Part shown: positions 9,988 to 18,973 of the stretch, in pieces | Position numbering within the stretch: the stretch's first letter is position 1 | How the letters are laid out: every line of letters begins with the position of its first letter | Assembly (NCBI GenBank): GCA_963798085.1 | Contig: CAWCRS010000005.1 | Span: 224,001 to 288,000 of the forward strand | Reading direction: 5' to 3' | Length of the DNA: 64,000 nucleotides | From: an uncultured Gemmatimonadales bacterium | GTDB lineage: Bacteria; Gemmatimonadota; Gemmatimonadetes; Longimicrobiales; RSA9 | Program-made: the position numbers and the translations under genes | Notes under the pieces: model-generated | Database searches by the model: none | Seen by the model: only the letters and a program-made list of their open reading frames with translations | Told to the model about the DNA's origin: nothing

Positions 9988-11004
9988 TCACGGGCCGTCG
10001 GCGACGCGCCGCAGCGCCTCGTAGACGGCGTCCGGCGTGACGGACGCGAAGCTCCTCCGCCAGTAGCGGTGATGGGACTCCAGCAGACGCTTGTGCAGGC
10101 GGCTGGTCACGACCTCGACGCGGGGTCCCAGTGCGCGCCAGCGCGTGGGACCCACCACGGGTTCATTGCGACCGCAGATACAGACGGTCGGTGCGCCCAC
10201 CGCGCCGGCCAGATGACTGGTGCCGGTATCGCGGGTGACGACGCCGGCGCTCCGTGCGAGCAGCCAGCCCAGCTCGGCGACATCGGTGCGGCCGGCGAGG
10301 TCCAGCGCGTCGTCGCCCAGTCCCTGCGCCACTGCACGGGCGGCGTCATCGCCGGCCTTGTCCCCCACGATCGCAATGCGCCACGGCGTCTCCGCGCGAA
10401 TGCGTCGGGCGAGAACCAGGAAGTGGTCGGCGGGCCAGCGCGCAGTGAGCAGGAAGGCCGTCGGGTTGAGCACGACAAACGGCTGGAGCTGCTCGAGCGG
10501 GAAGCCGAGCGTGTGTTCCAGCGACTCGAGTGCCGAGGCCGGCAGGTGGACCTCGGGCAGGGGCCGCGCAGGCGGCCGAATGCCGAGCGGCGCGAGCAGG
10601 TCGAAGTTGTACTCCGCCTCGTGCTTTTCGCCGCGGCGCCGCCGGTCGCGCAGCGCCACCGTAAGCGCGTGTTTGGAGCCACTCTGCGCGTAGCCGACGC
10701 GCACGGGGATTCCCGCGTCCACGGCCGCACCGTAGAGGTTGTCGTGGGGGTTCATGTGCACGATGGCCGAGGCGCCGGTCTCGCGCAGCTGCGCGGCCAG
10801 CGCGTCGCGGGGCGCGTCGGCATCGATGACGCCGGCAAGCAGCGGATGCTCGCGCACCACGGGCAGCCACGCCTTGCGCGCCGCGAAGATGATGCGCGCG
10901 GCCGGCAGCTGCGCGTGCAGCGGCCGGATCGCCGATGTCGCGATGATGCAGTCGCCGAGGCGGTCCGGCCGGCTGAGCACGATCGTGTCTGCAGCTCCGT
11001 TCAC
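9988..11004 (-). CDS. Glycosyltransferase family 9 (ADP-heptose:LPS heptosyltransferase-like)
   Basis: RPDRLGDCII, DLAGRTDVAELGWLL, VVTRDTGTSHLAGAVGAPTV, RWRALG. Confidence 0.88.
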   Translation of the reverse strand: MNGAADTIVLSRPDRLGDCIIATSAIRPLHAQLPAARIIFAARKAWLPVVREHPLLAGVIDADAPRDALAAQLRETGASAIVHMNPHDNLYGAAVDAGIPVRVGYAQSGSKHALTVALRDRRRRGEKHEAEYNFDLLAPLGIRPPARPLPEVHLPASALESLEHTLGFPLEQLQPFVVLNPTAFLLTARWPADHFLVLARRIRAETPWRIAIVGDKAGDDAARAVAQGLGDDALDLAGRTDVAELGWLLARSAGVVTRDTGTSHLAGAVGAPTVCICGRNEPVVGPTRWRALGPRVEVVTSRLHKRLLESHHRYWRRSFASVTPDAVYEALRRVADGP

Positions 11005-11208
11005 GCTCGACCGGCGAGGTCAGGTTTCAGGGAGCCACCGGACCACCGTTGCGTGTCGGCATTTGCCCTCCTCATTCGCGGACCGCCTTGCCCTGAGCCA
11101 CCGGTCAACCGACCGCCTCAGACGTTTGCGACGCTCGTCCAAGGTCGCCGCGGCAGATACAATGCGAGCACTCGTCGGCGCCGGCGTCGCCGCAGGCGGC
11201 GGATGCCC

Positions 11209-12390
11209 TCAGCGTGTGCTCGATGGGAACATCGGCAGCGGCGCGCGCTCCAGTGTCTGCAGGTCGTTGTCATCCGTAGCCACGAGGTACACGTACTTCG
11301 CGCCCATGCCGGCGAGGCGTCGGCCGGCGGGCAGCTGCACGGTCGCGATCTGGCGGCCGGCCGCATTGAAGATATCGTAGCGCAGCGGCTCGTCTGTGCG
11401 GGTGGAGTGGCCCACCCAGAGACGGTCGTTGGCATCGAAGCGCACATCGCCCGCGCGGAAATAGGGGAACACATCCGCCCATGTGCTGCGCCGAATGAGG
11501 CCGGCGATGGCCTGCGGCGTCATGTCTTCGGCGGGGGCGTGGCCGAGCGAGCCGCGCGGCCCCTTGCCGCTCACGGGCGTTCCCTGGGCGAAGCGCCGCA
11601 TGTACGCGGTGCGATCCGCGTCGCGCACGGGCAGCGGCCTGTAGGCATGCGAAGGCCCGCGCACGACATTCGCACCAGCGCGCAATTCCACTGTGTAGTC
11701 ATCGCCATGCACGATCGCGAGGCTGCCGCTGCGCGAGATGGCCCAGGAATCCTCCTTCGCGTAGATCACCATGGGCACGCGCGGGCCATCACGCGGGCCG
11801 GGCTGGGGCGCACGGGTGCTGCCATGCAGCCGCGCTAACACCTGACTCTGACCGGCCGCAGGATCGAACATCGCGAGCTCGACCGAATCGCCGGGCAGCG
11901 GTTGCCGTGTCAGCCAGGGCTGGATGATGTAGTACAAGCGGCCGCGGTGATCTGCGGCGGACGCATAGAGCGCGGAGGGATCCGAGAGGGTCAGGATTCT
12001 GGCGACTCGACCGTCGCGGTCCAGCACGGCAAGCCGCTGATTGCCCTGATCATCAAGGACCGTGGAATCGCCCCGCCACGGGAACAGTCCGCTGGGCAGG
12101 CGATACTCCTCGGGACCCTGCCCCACACGACCGCGATTGCTCACGGTGCCGGCGGCGAAGTCGACCAGGGCGACGCGCTCCTCGATCCAGTCCGTCACCA
12201 GGAGCCGACCATCCGGCAGCTCGCGCAGACCGCGCAGCAGGCTGAAGGGCTCCTTCAGACTCTCGGTCGCGTGGAGTGAGATGGCTGTCTGTGCGCGCGC
12301 CGGCGGCGCGGCGGGGAGCGACAGAAGCAGCGCCGTCGCGGTGCACGCCATCCCACGCAGGATCCAGCCGCAGCCTCTGCTGCCCATCAT
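11209..12390 (-). CDS. Secreted hypothetical protein, probable 6-bladed beta-propeller
   Basis: Signal peptide ending ARA-Q; LRELPDGRLLVTD, GRVGQGPEEYRLP, VRFDANDRLWV, YDIFNAAGR. Confidence 0.7.
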   Translation of the reverse strand: MMGSRGCGWILRGMACTATALLLSLPAAPPARAQTAISLHATESLKEPFSLLRGLRELPDGRLLVTDWIEERVALVDFAAGTVSNRGRVGQGPEEYRLPSGLFPWRGDSTVLDDQGNQRLAVLDRDGRVARILTLSDPSALYASAADHRGRLYYIIQPWLTRQPLPGDSVELAMFDPAAGQSQVLARLHGSTRAPQPGPRDGPRVPMVIYAKEDSWAISRSGSLAIVHGDDYTVELRAGANVVRGPSHAYRPLPVRDADRTAYMRRFAQGTPVSGKGPRGSLGHAPAEDMTPQAIAGLIRRSTWADVFPYFRAGDVRFDANDRLWVGHSTRTDEPLRYDIFNAAGRQIATVQLPAGRRLAGMGAKYVYLVATDDNDLQTLERAPLPMFPSSTR

Positions 12391-12619
12391 GTGCAACCTC
12401 CGTTCACGGGCGATGAGTACCCCGCTGCAAGCAAGTTGCAAAGGCCCGCGGCTGGAAGCATGAGGGGAAGCGGCGGACCTGAAGTGGGACGAATCGGGTC
12501 GTTCTGGTACGAGGCGCAGATACGCAGGGGCGAGAGGTGGCGCGGGTGCCAACCCGGCTCGCCAGATTCCTGTCCAAGGAGTTGCTGACGATTGCTGACA
12601 CCAGAGCCGGCAGAGACCC

Positions 12620-15064
12620 ATGGAACGACTGCTGCAGGATCTGCGGTTCGCGCTGCGCCAGATCCGGCGTTCGCCCGCCTTCGCCTTCTTCATTGTGGCC
12701 ACGCTGGCCATTGGCATCGGCGCTAACACACTTGTTTTCACGGCGCTGGACACGATCCTGATCCGGGCGCTGCCCTTCCCGCACGGCGAGCAGCTGGTTT
12801 CGATTTCCGCATCGTACAAGGGGCGCGGCGACGACTGGTCGGTGTCGCTGCCCAACGCGCTGGACTGGCGCGAGATGAACCACACCTTCACCGATGTCGC
12901 GTACTACCGGAACGGCACGCCCAGCATGACGCTGACGGGCAGCGGCGTACCGGAGCGCGTCGCCGTCGGCCTCATTTCGCCGAACCTGTTTTCCGTCCTG
13001 GGCGTGTCGCCGGCGCTGGGCCGGAGCTTCACGGCGGCGGAAGGCGAGCCGAACGCCGCGTCGCTCGTCGTGTTGAGCGATGCCACGTGGCGGCGACTGT
13101 ATGGCGCCGACGCGGGCATTCTGGGCCGCACGATCTCGCTTTCCGGCTCGCCGTACACGGTGATCGGCGTCATGCCCCGCGCTTTCGCGTTTCCGTCGCC
13201 CGACCAGCAGATGTGGGTGGCACTGCGTGCCAACAACAGCACGTGGAATCGCGGGAGCGGCGGGCTCAGCGTGATGGCGAGGCTGCGCACCGGCATGACG
13301 CTGGCCGCCGCGCAGAAGGACATGGATGGCGTTGCGGCCGTGCTGGCCCGTGAGTATCCGGACATCATCGGCGAAAACACGTCGCTGGGCGCGATGGGCG
13401 CGCATCTCTCTTCGCTGCGCGACTCGCTGATCGCGGGCAGTCAGGTGACGCGCATGCTCTACGTCCTCATGGCGGCGGTGGCGCTGGTGCTGCTCATCGC
13501 GTGCGTGAACGTGGCCAACCTGCTGCTGGCGCGTGCGACCGTGCGCGAGCGTGAGGTGGCCGTGCGCAGCGCGGTGGGTGCGGCGCGTGGCCGCATTACG
13601 CGGCAGCTGCTGACGGAGAGCCTGGTGCTCGCGCTAGTGGGCGGCACGATCGGCGTCCTGCTCGCGCTCTGGGGCACGAACACCCTGCCTCGGCTGATCG
13701 CGGAAGGCGTTTCCCTGCCCCGCAGATATCCCCTCGACCTGCGCGTGCTCGGCTTCAGCGTGGGCATCACGTGCCTCACCGGTTTCGTTTTCGGCGTGGG
13801 TCCCGCGATCAAGGCGACGAGCGGCGGCCTCAGCGTGCTGCTGGGCGGACGCACGGGCCACGGCACGCGGGCCAAGGGCAGGCGTCGCAATCTGCTGGTC
13901 GTTGCCGAAGTCGCGCTCGCCGTTGTACTGCTGGTGAGCGCCGGCCTGGTGATCCGCAGCCTGGCGCAGCTGGTACGCACGGATCCGGGCTTCAGGACCG
14001 ACCGGCTGCTGACCATGCGCGTGGCGCTGGACGCGCGCTACTCCAGCCTGGACATGATAACGGACTTCGAGACGCGCATGCTGAGCGCGCTGCGCGCAGT
14101 GCCCGGCGTGCGCGCCGCCAGCCTGGCGGATTTCGTGCCCATGAGCGGCACCAGCAACTTCAACGATCTGCACGTCGAAGGGGACGCATTGGACAAGCCC
14201 ATCAACGTCGGTACGGTCGTGACCGGCACCGGCTACCTCGATGCCATGGGCATTCCGCTGCGCGGCGGACGCGCCTTCGATGAACACGACACGCGCGGCG
14301 GACCGGGCGTGGCCATGGTCAACGAGGCGTTTGTCGCGCATCACCTGCAGGGTCAGGACGCGATCGGCAAGCGTGTGCTGCTGACGTGGGAGAACGGCAA
14401 GCAGCCCTACTGGCGTACGATCATTGGCGTCTTCGGCAACGTGCTGCACAGCGGCCTGGATGATGAAGGACCGCGCGATGAGATCTATCTGCCGGCGAGC
14501 CAGCTGCCCTTCAACCTGGGCACGATGGCGGTGGTGGTGCGTACACAGGGCGATCCGGCAGCCGTGGCGAACGCCGCGCGCCAGGCCATCTGGAGCGCGG
14601 ACCCGAATCTCGCGGTGTACGCGGTGAAGGACATGTCCGAGCTGATCGGCGCGACCACCGCCATGCTCATCGGCCGCGTGCTCGCGGGAGGTCTCGCACT
14701 GTTCGGCTTCATTGCGCTGCTGCTGGCATCACTGGGGCTGTACGGCGTGATCTCGTACTCCGTGGCGCAGCGCACCTACGAGATCGGCGTGCGCAGCGCG
14801 CTCGGCGCGGACACGCGCAAGGTGCTGCGCATGGTGATGCTGCAGGGGCTCAGGCTGGTGGGTGCGGGCCTGGTGATCGGGCTGCTCGCTTCGTTCGCCG
14901 CGACACGGTTGCTGAAGTCGCTGCTGCACGGCGTGGGTGCAGCCGATCCGCTGTCCTTCGCCGGCATGTCCCTTCTGCTGCTGGCGGTGGCCGCGATTGC
15001 GACGGCGATCCCCTCGCGGCGGGCGGCGCGCATCGATCCCATCCTCGCGTTGCGGGCGGAATAG
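12620..15064 (+). CDS. ABC transporter permease, duplicated MacB/FtsX type (ADOP-like)
   Basis: LLQDLRFALRQIRRSPAF, LAIGIGANT, LVLLIACVNVANLLLARA, RQLLTESL, GLYGVISYSVAQRTYEIGVRSALGA, RRAARIDPILALRAE. Confidence 0.93.
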   Translation: MERLLQDLRFALRQIRRSPAFAFFIVATLAIGIGANTLVFTALDTILIRALPFPHGEQLVSISASYKGRGDDWSVSLPNALDWREMNHTFTDVAYYRNGTPSMTLTGSGVPERVAVGLISPNLFSVLGVSPALGRSFTAAEGEPNAASLVVLSDATWRRLYGADAGILGRTISLSGSPYTVIGVMPRAFAFPSPDQQMWVALRANNSTWNRGSGGLSVMARLRTGMTLAAAQKDMDGVAAVLAREYPDIIGENTSLGAMGAHLSSLRDSLIAGSQVTRMLYVLMAAVALVLLIACVNVANLLLARATVREREVAVRSAVGAARGRITRQLLTESLVLALVGGTIGVLLALWGTNTLPRLIAEGVSLPRRYPLDLRVLGFSVGITCLTGFVFGVGPAIKATSGGLSVLLGGRTGHGTRAKGRRRNLLVVAEVALAVVLLVSAGLVIRSLAQLVRTDPGFRTDRLLTMRVALDARYSSLDMITDFETRMLSALRAVPGVRAASLADFVPMSGTSNFNDLHVEGDALDKPINVGTVVTGTGYLDAMGIPLRGGRAFDEHDTRGGPGVAMVNEAFVAHHLQGQDAIGKRVLLTWENGKQPYWRTIIGVFGNVLHSGLDDEGPRDEIYLPASQLPFNLGTMAVVVRTQGDPAAVANAARQAIWSADPNLAVYAVKDMSELIGATTAMLIGRVLAGGLALFGFIALLLASLGLYGVISYSVAQRTYEIGVRSALGADTRKVLRMVMLQGLRLVGAGLVIGLLASFAATRLLKSLLHGVGAADPLSFAGMSLLLLAVAAIATAIPSRRAARIDPILALRAE

Positions 15065-15103
15065 CCTGCGCCGTGCGCGGACTGCGGCCTGCGTCGTGCC
15101 CGC

Positions 15104-15862
15104 TCAGGTCCGTTCCCGCAGGCGCCGGGCGCCGAGCCTGCGCACCAGCTCACGGAGGCGCCGGCTGCTGACCGGGATACGTCGCCCACCTTCCACTAAC
15201 AGCTCATGCGATGATGCCGATCCGCGCAGCAGCGCCTGCACGAAGCCGAGGTTGACAATGGCGCCGCGGTGGACGCGCACGAAGGCGGCGGGATCGAGAC
15301 GGCGCTCCAGCTGGTTCAGCGAGATGCGGACGAGGAACGAATCCGCCCGGGTGTGCAGCCGCGCGCAGTAATCACTGGCTTCGATCCAGACGACAGAGGC
15401 GAGCGCCACGGGAACCCTGCGCCGGCCGGTGCCGGCCAGAAGCCGGTCCGGAAACGCGCTGTTTGGGGGGCGTGGCCCGCCGGACGGCTGACGCAGCCGC
15501 CGGCGGGCGCGCGCCACAGTGCGGTGGAAGCGCTCGTCGGTGAACGGCTTCACCAGGTAGTCGAGCGCCTCCTGCTCGAACGCCCGCACCGCGAAAGCAT
15601 CATACGCGGTGACGAAGATGGTGGCGGGCCGGTCCGCGGCCGCGAGTGCGTCGAGTACGCCGAAGCCATCGAGATCGGGCATGCGCACGTCGAGGAACAG
15701 CAGGTCCGGCTGGAAGGCGCGGATCAGCGTGACCGTCTCGACGCCGTTCCTCGCCTCAGCGACGACCTGCATGTCGTGGTAGCCGCGCACGAGGTCCCGC
15801 ACCACCCGTCTTGCCAGCGGCTCGTCATTGGCGATCAGCACGCGGATCTCAGGCGAAGCCAT
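15104..15862 (-). CDS. LytTR-family DNA-binding response regulator
   Basis: IANDEPLAR, PDLLFLDVRMPDLDG, IFVTAYD, DYLVKPF; LytTR motif FVRVHRGAIVN. Confidence 0.93.
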   Translation of the reverse strand: MASPEIRVLIANDEPLARRVVRDLVRGYHDMQVVAEARNGVETVTLIRAFQPDLLFLDVRMPDLDGFGVLDALAAADRPATIFVTAYDAFAVRAFEQEALDYLVKPFTDERFHRTVARARRRLRQPSGGPRPPNSAFPDRLLAGTGRRRVPVALASVVWIEASDYCARLHTRADSFLVRISLNQLERRLDPAAFVRVHRGAIVNLGFVQALLRGSASSHELLVEGGRRIPVSSRRLRELVRRLGARRLRERT

Positions 15863-16980
15863 GGGCCTCACCGCCAGCAGAGGCGAACGCGGCGCCGTCC
15901 GGTCGCTGCTCCTGCCACGGCAAGCGGACGCTCGCGACCGTCCCGCCTGCGGCGCCCGGCAGCAGTGTCAGCTCCGCGCCATTGCCGTGCAGCAGACGCA
16001 GCCGCACGCGCGCCGCATCGAGGCCGAAGCCGCGTCGCTCCGCCCCGGCCGGCCCGGGTTCGGGACCGGGGCCATCGTCCGTGACTGTAATCTCGAGTTG
16101 GTCGCGCACGCGCCGGACGCGAACGGCGATGCAACCGGCACGCGAAGAGCGCTCGATGCCGTGGCGCACGGCATTCTCCACGAGCGCCTGCACGAGGAGC
16201 GGCGCCACCAGCGCGCGTTGCACGCCGGGTTCGATGTCCCACGCGACGCGCAGCCGGTCGCTGAAGCGTACGCTCTCGATCGCCAGGTAGCGGCGCACGA
16301 ACGACAGCTCCTCGTCGAAACGCACGAGATCACGGGCGTCGCGCTGCAGCACCTCGCGCAGCAGATCACTCAGCGCCGTCACCATCTCGACCGTGCGGTC
16401 ACGCTCGCCGCCGCGGGCGAGCGCGCCGATCGCGTGCAGTGCGTTGAACAGGAAGTGCGGATGCAGTCGGGCGCGAATCGAGGCCAGCTCGGCGCGCGCC
16501 AGTTCCTCGCCGAGACGGGCGGCCGCGACCTCACGCTCGCTCAGCCGGCGCGCGAACTCGACAGCCGCGCCACCGGCGAGGATGCCGCCATAGACGACGG
16601 CGGCCACGGGCAGCCAGCCGACGATGGCGCGCCACAGGTAGGGAAAGAATGGCAGTGCCGGTGGGAACAGGCCCAGCACGAAGTTCAGCGACGTGTACAG
16701 TACGCCGCGCACGCAGGAGGCGCCGGCCATGGCGAGCAGATGCACGATCACGCTGGACGCGCGCACGGGCCGGCGCGTGAGCGGAAACGCCGCGCCCAGG
16801 CGCAGAACGACCGGCGTCAGCGGCGCCCAGACGTACCACTCCAGGAACGCGGGAATGAGGGCGCGCGGCGGCGGCGCGGCAGCGCCGCTGGTCGACGCGA
16901 ACGCGTAGATCTCCGAGGATGCTGAGACCGGCGGGCACGGCCCAGATGACGAAGAGCGCGCCCCGCCGGGACAGCTTCAT
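15849..16980 (-). CDS. LytS-type membrane sensor histidine kinase; 1-nt frameshift at ~16913
   Basis: ARLHPHFLFNALHAI, YLAIESVRFSDRL, QALVENAVRHG, VTDDGPG, GFGL. The N-terminus MKLSRRGALFVIW joins ...EIYAFA...EWYVWAPLTP if one base is removed at 16911-16916. Confidence 0.88.
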
Positions 16981-17699
16981 CGGACACCGTGTTGCGGAAC
17001 CAGCACCTGGGTTACCCCGCGTGTGCTGTCCGAGCGCGCGACGTTCCGGTATGACACCTGCCGGCGCGTGCGGTCATCGATACCGATGGTGGCAATGATC
17101 GCCGGATCCGCGAAACGCAGCTGCCACACGCCCGCGTCCCGGCCCAGTACGCGCACGGTGTCCATCTCGAGCTGGTCGCTGCCTTCGGAGTAGAGCGGCA
17201 GGATGGCCTCATACCCGTCGCGCAGCGGAATCGAGCGCAGCAGTACATCCAGCTCGTTGAAGTGGAAGACGCGCACGTCGTACGTGTGCTCGCGCGACGA
17301 GTCCGGAATCGAGGACGTGAGCCGGACGTGCGCGCCGTCGTAGTCGATGCGCGTTCGGCGCGCGTTGTTGTACATGACCTCCCAGATGGGAACCAGGCCG
17401 GCGCGCAGCACCAGCGCGCTGTCCCTGAAGGTCCGGCCGTTGAAGGTCGATGCGGACACCAGCAGGATCGCGGGCCCGCGCGCATTGTTCACCAGGTGCA
17501 ACTCGCGCCAGCCCCGTGCGAACTCGATACGCGCCGTGTCGCCGGGGCGCGGTGTGAGATATCGCACGCTGTCCATGGACGCGCGCAAGTGCTGCGTGAC
17601 GATCTCCGCTGCGCCGGGTTCGAGCAGTGGCGCTTCGCCGGCGGGACGCGGCGAGGCGGCGCTGACGGCGAGCAGGAGGAAGGCGGGGAGCGAACGCAT
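16977..17699 (-). CDS. Secreted hypothetical protein (DUF3108-like), paralog of 56302-57138
   Basis: Signal peptide; LLEPGAAEI..., DVLLRSIPLRDGYEAILP. Its stop overlaps the start of the sensor kinase. Confidence 0.65.
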   Translation of the reverse strand: MRSLPAFLLLAVSAASPRPAGEAPLLEPGAAEIVTQHLRASMDSVRYLTPRPGDTARIEFARGWRELHLVNNARGPAILLVSASTFNGRTFRDSALVLRAGLVPIWEVMYNNARRTRIDYDGAHVRLTSSIPDSSREHTYDVRVFHFNELDVLLRSIPLRDGYEAILPLYSEGSDQLEMDTVRVLGRDAGVWQLRFADPAIIATIGIDDRTRRQVSYRNVARSDSTRGVTQVLVPQHGVR

Positions 17700-17983
17700 G
17701 GCGGTGCTCCGCACATTGGCGCGGGTCGGTCGATGCATGGCGGCCTCCAGGCAGGGGTTCGCACCAGGTTTCAGCGCCGCCCGGGACCGGGCAATGAAGC
17801 GTGCAGCGAACGCGGGGCGTTGTGCAGCGAGCGATTCTCTCGCGCCGCAATGGCATCCGCCAGGGTCGCGACGAGGTGCTGGAGCGCGCCCGGCTATTTG
17901 CGGGAAACGTTCACAGCGGCGCCGGGCGGGGCGCCACACTAACGCGGCATTTCAGCGTCAGGGCGGCGGGCAGCTCGCCGCGC

Positions 17984-18850
17984 TCAGCCCGTCGGTGCGG
18001 GCGGTGGGATGTTGTGTCCGAGCCCGGCCGGCAGGCGCAGCAGCAGCCAGAGTGCGACGGCGGCCAGCGTCGCCCACAGGCCGGCGGCTGCGCTCACGGG
18101 CGCGTCGCCCTGCCCGAGCGTGGCCGCCGCCAGCAGCAGGCCAACGACCATGCCGCCGCGGACGCGCGCAGGACGCAGAGGCGCGTTCGTCGCATCCCCC
18201 ACACTGGCCACGCGGCGCGTCCGCAGCAGGGAAAGCACGAAGGCCAGCGCGACGACCGCGGCAATGGCGCTCTCGACCGCAGCAGTCGTGTGGAGTTCCG
18301 CCTCGAGCGCCCAGCTGCCACGCATGAGCAGCGCTCCCGCGAGACAGAGTGCCGCGAACGCGAACTGGTGGCGGGCCGGCGGGGGCAGGAGCGCATCCAG
18401 CACGAAGGCGAGCGCGCCGGTGAAGGCGGGCCACAGGCTGTGCGTGGCGTGGCACGTGAACAGCGTGAGTGCGACGACGCCGGTCGAGTCTGTCGGGCGC
18501 GCGGCCAGCCCGGTCGAGCGGTTGACCATGCGCACGAGCAGCAGCGCATTGAAGAGCAGCACCAGCGCGGGATGCGCCACGAACAGCGTAACGGTTACGG
18601 CCAGAGCCATGGCGAGAAACGCGGCAAGGTCGTGGTCCGGCGCCAGCTCGCGGGCCAACGCCCATGACAGGAATGCAGTCAGGCCGGCTGCCAGCGCCGG
18701 CGCCAGCGGCGACACGCCCCGCAGCAGAGCCGCAGCGCCACCGATGACGACCGCGATCGGGATCAGGACGATGACGGCGCGATTCGTGGGCCAGGCAGGA
18801 TCGAGTGGCCGGCCGATCGAGGTACGCCGGTACATGCGTTCGAACTTCAT
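17984..18850 (-). CDS. Hypothetical integral membrane protein
   Basis: Many hydrophobic segments; TSIGRPLDPAWPTNRAV, WALARELAPD, RMVNRSTG. Confidence 0.75.
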   Translation of the reverse strand: MKFERMYRRTSIGRPLDPAWPTNRAVIVLIPIAVVIGGAAALLRGVSPLAPALAAGLTAFLSWALARELAPDHDLAAFLAMALAVTVTLFVAHPALVLLFNALLLVRMVNRSTGLAARPTDSTGVVALTLFTCHATHSLWPAFTGALAFVLDALLPPPARHQFAFAALCLAGALLMRGSWALEAELHTTAAVESAIAAVVALAFVLSLLRTRRVASVGDATNAPLRPARVRGGMVVGLLLAAATLGQGDAPVSAAAGLWATLAAVALWLLLRLPAGLGHNIPPPAPTG

Positions 18851-18973
18851 GGCAGGGGATCATGCAGCCCGCGCGGCTCCGTGGGAATCCCCTTGCTCGC
18901 GCGCGTCCTTGCACCGCGCTAGGTTGGTTTCACTGTTGCGCCGCCACCGATGCATCAAGCCCGGGACCGAAAC

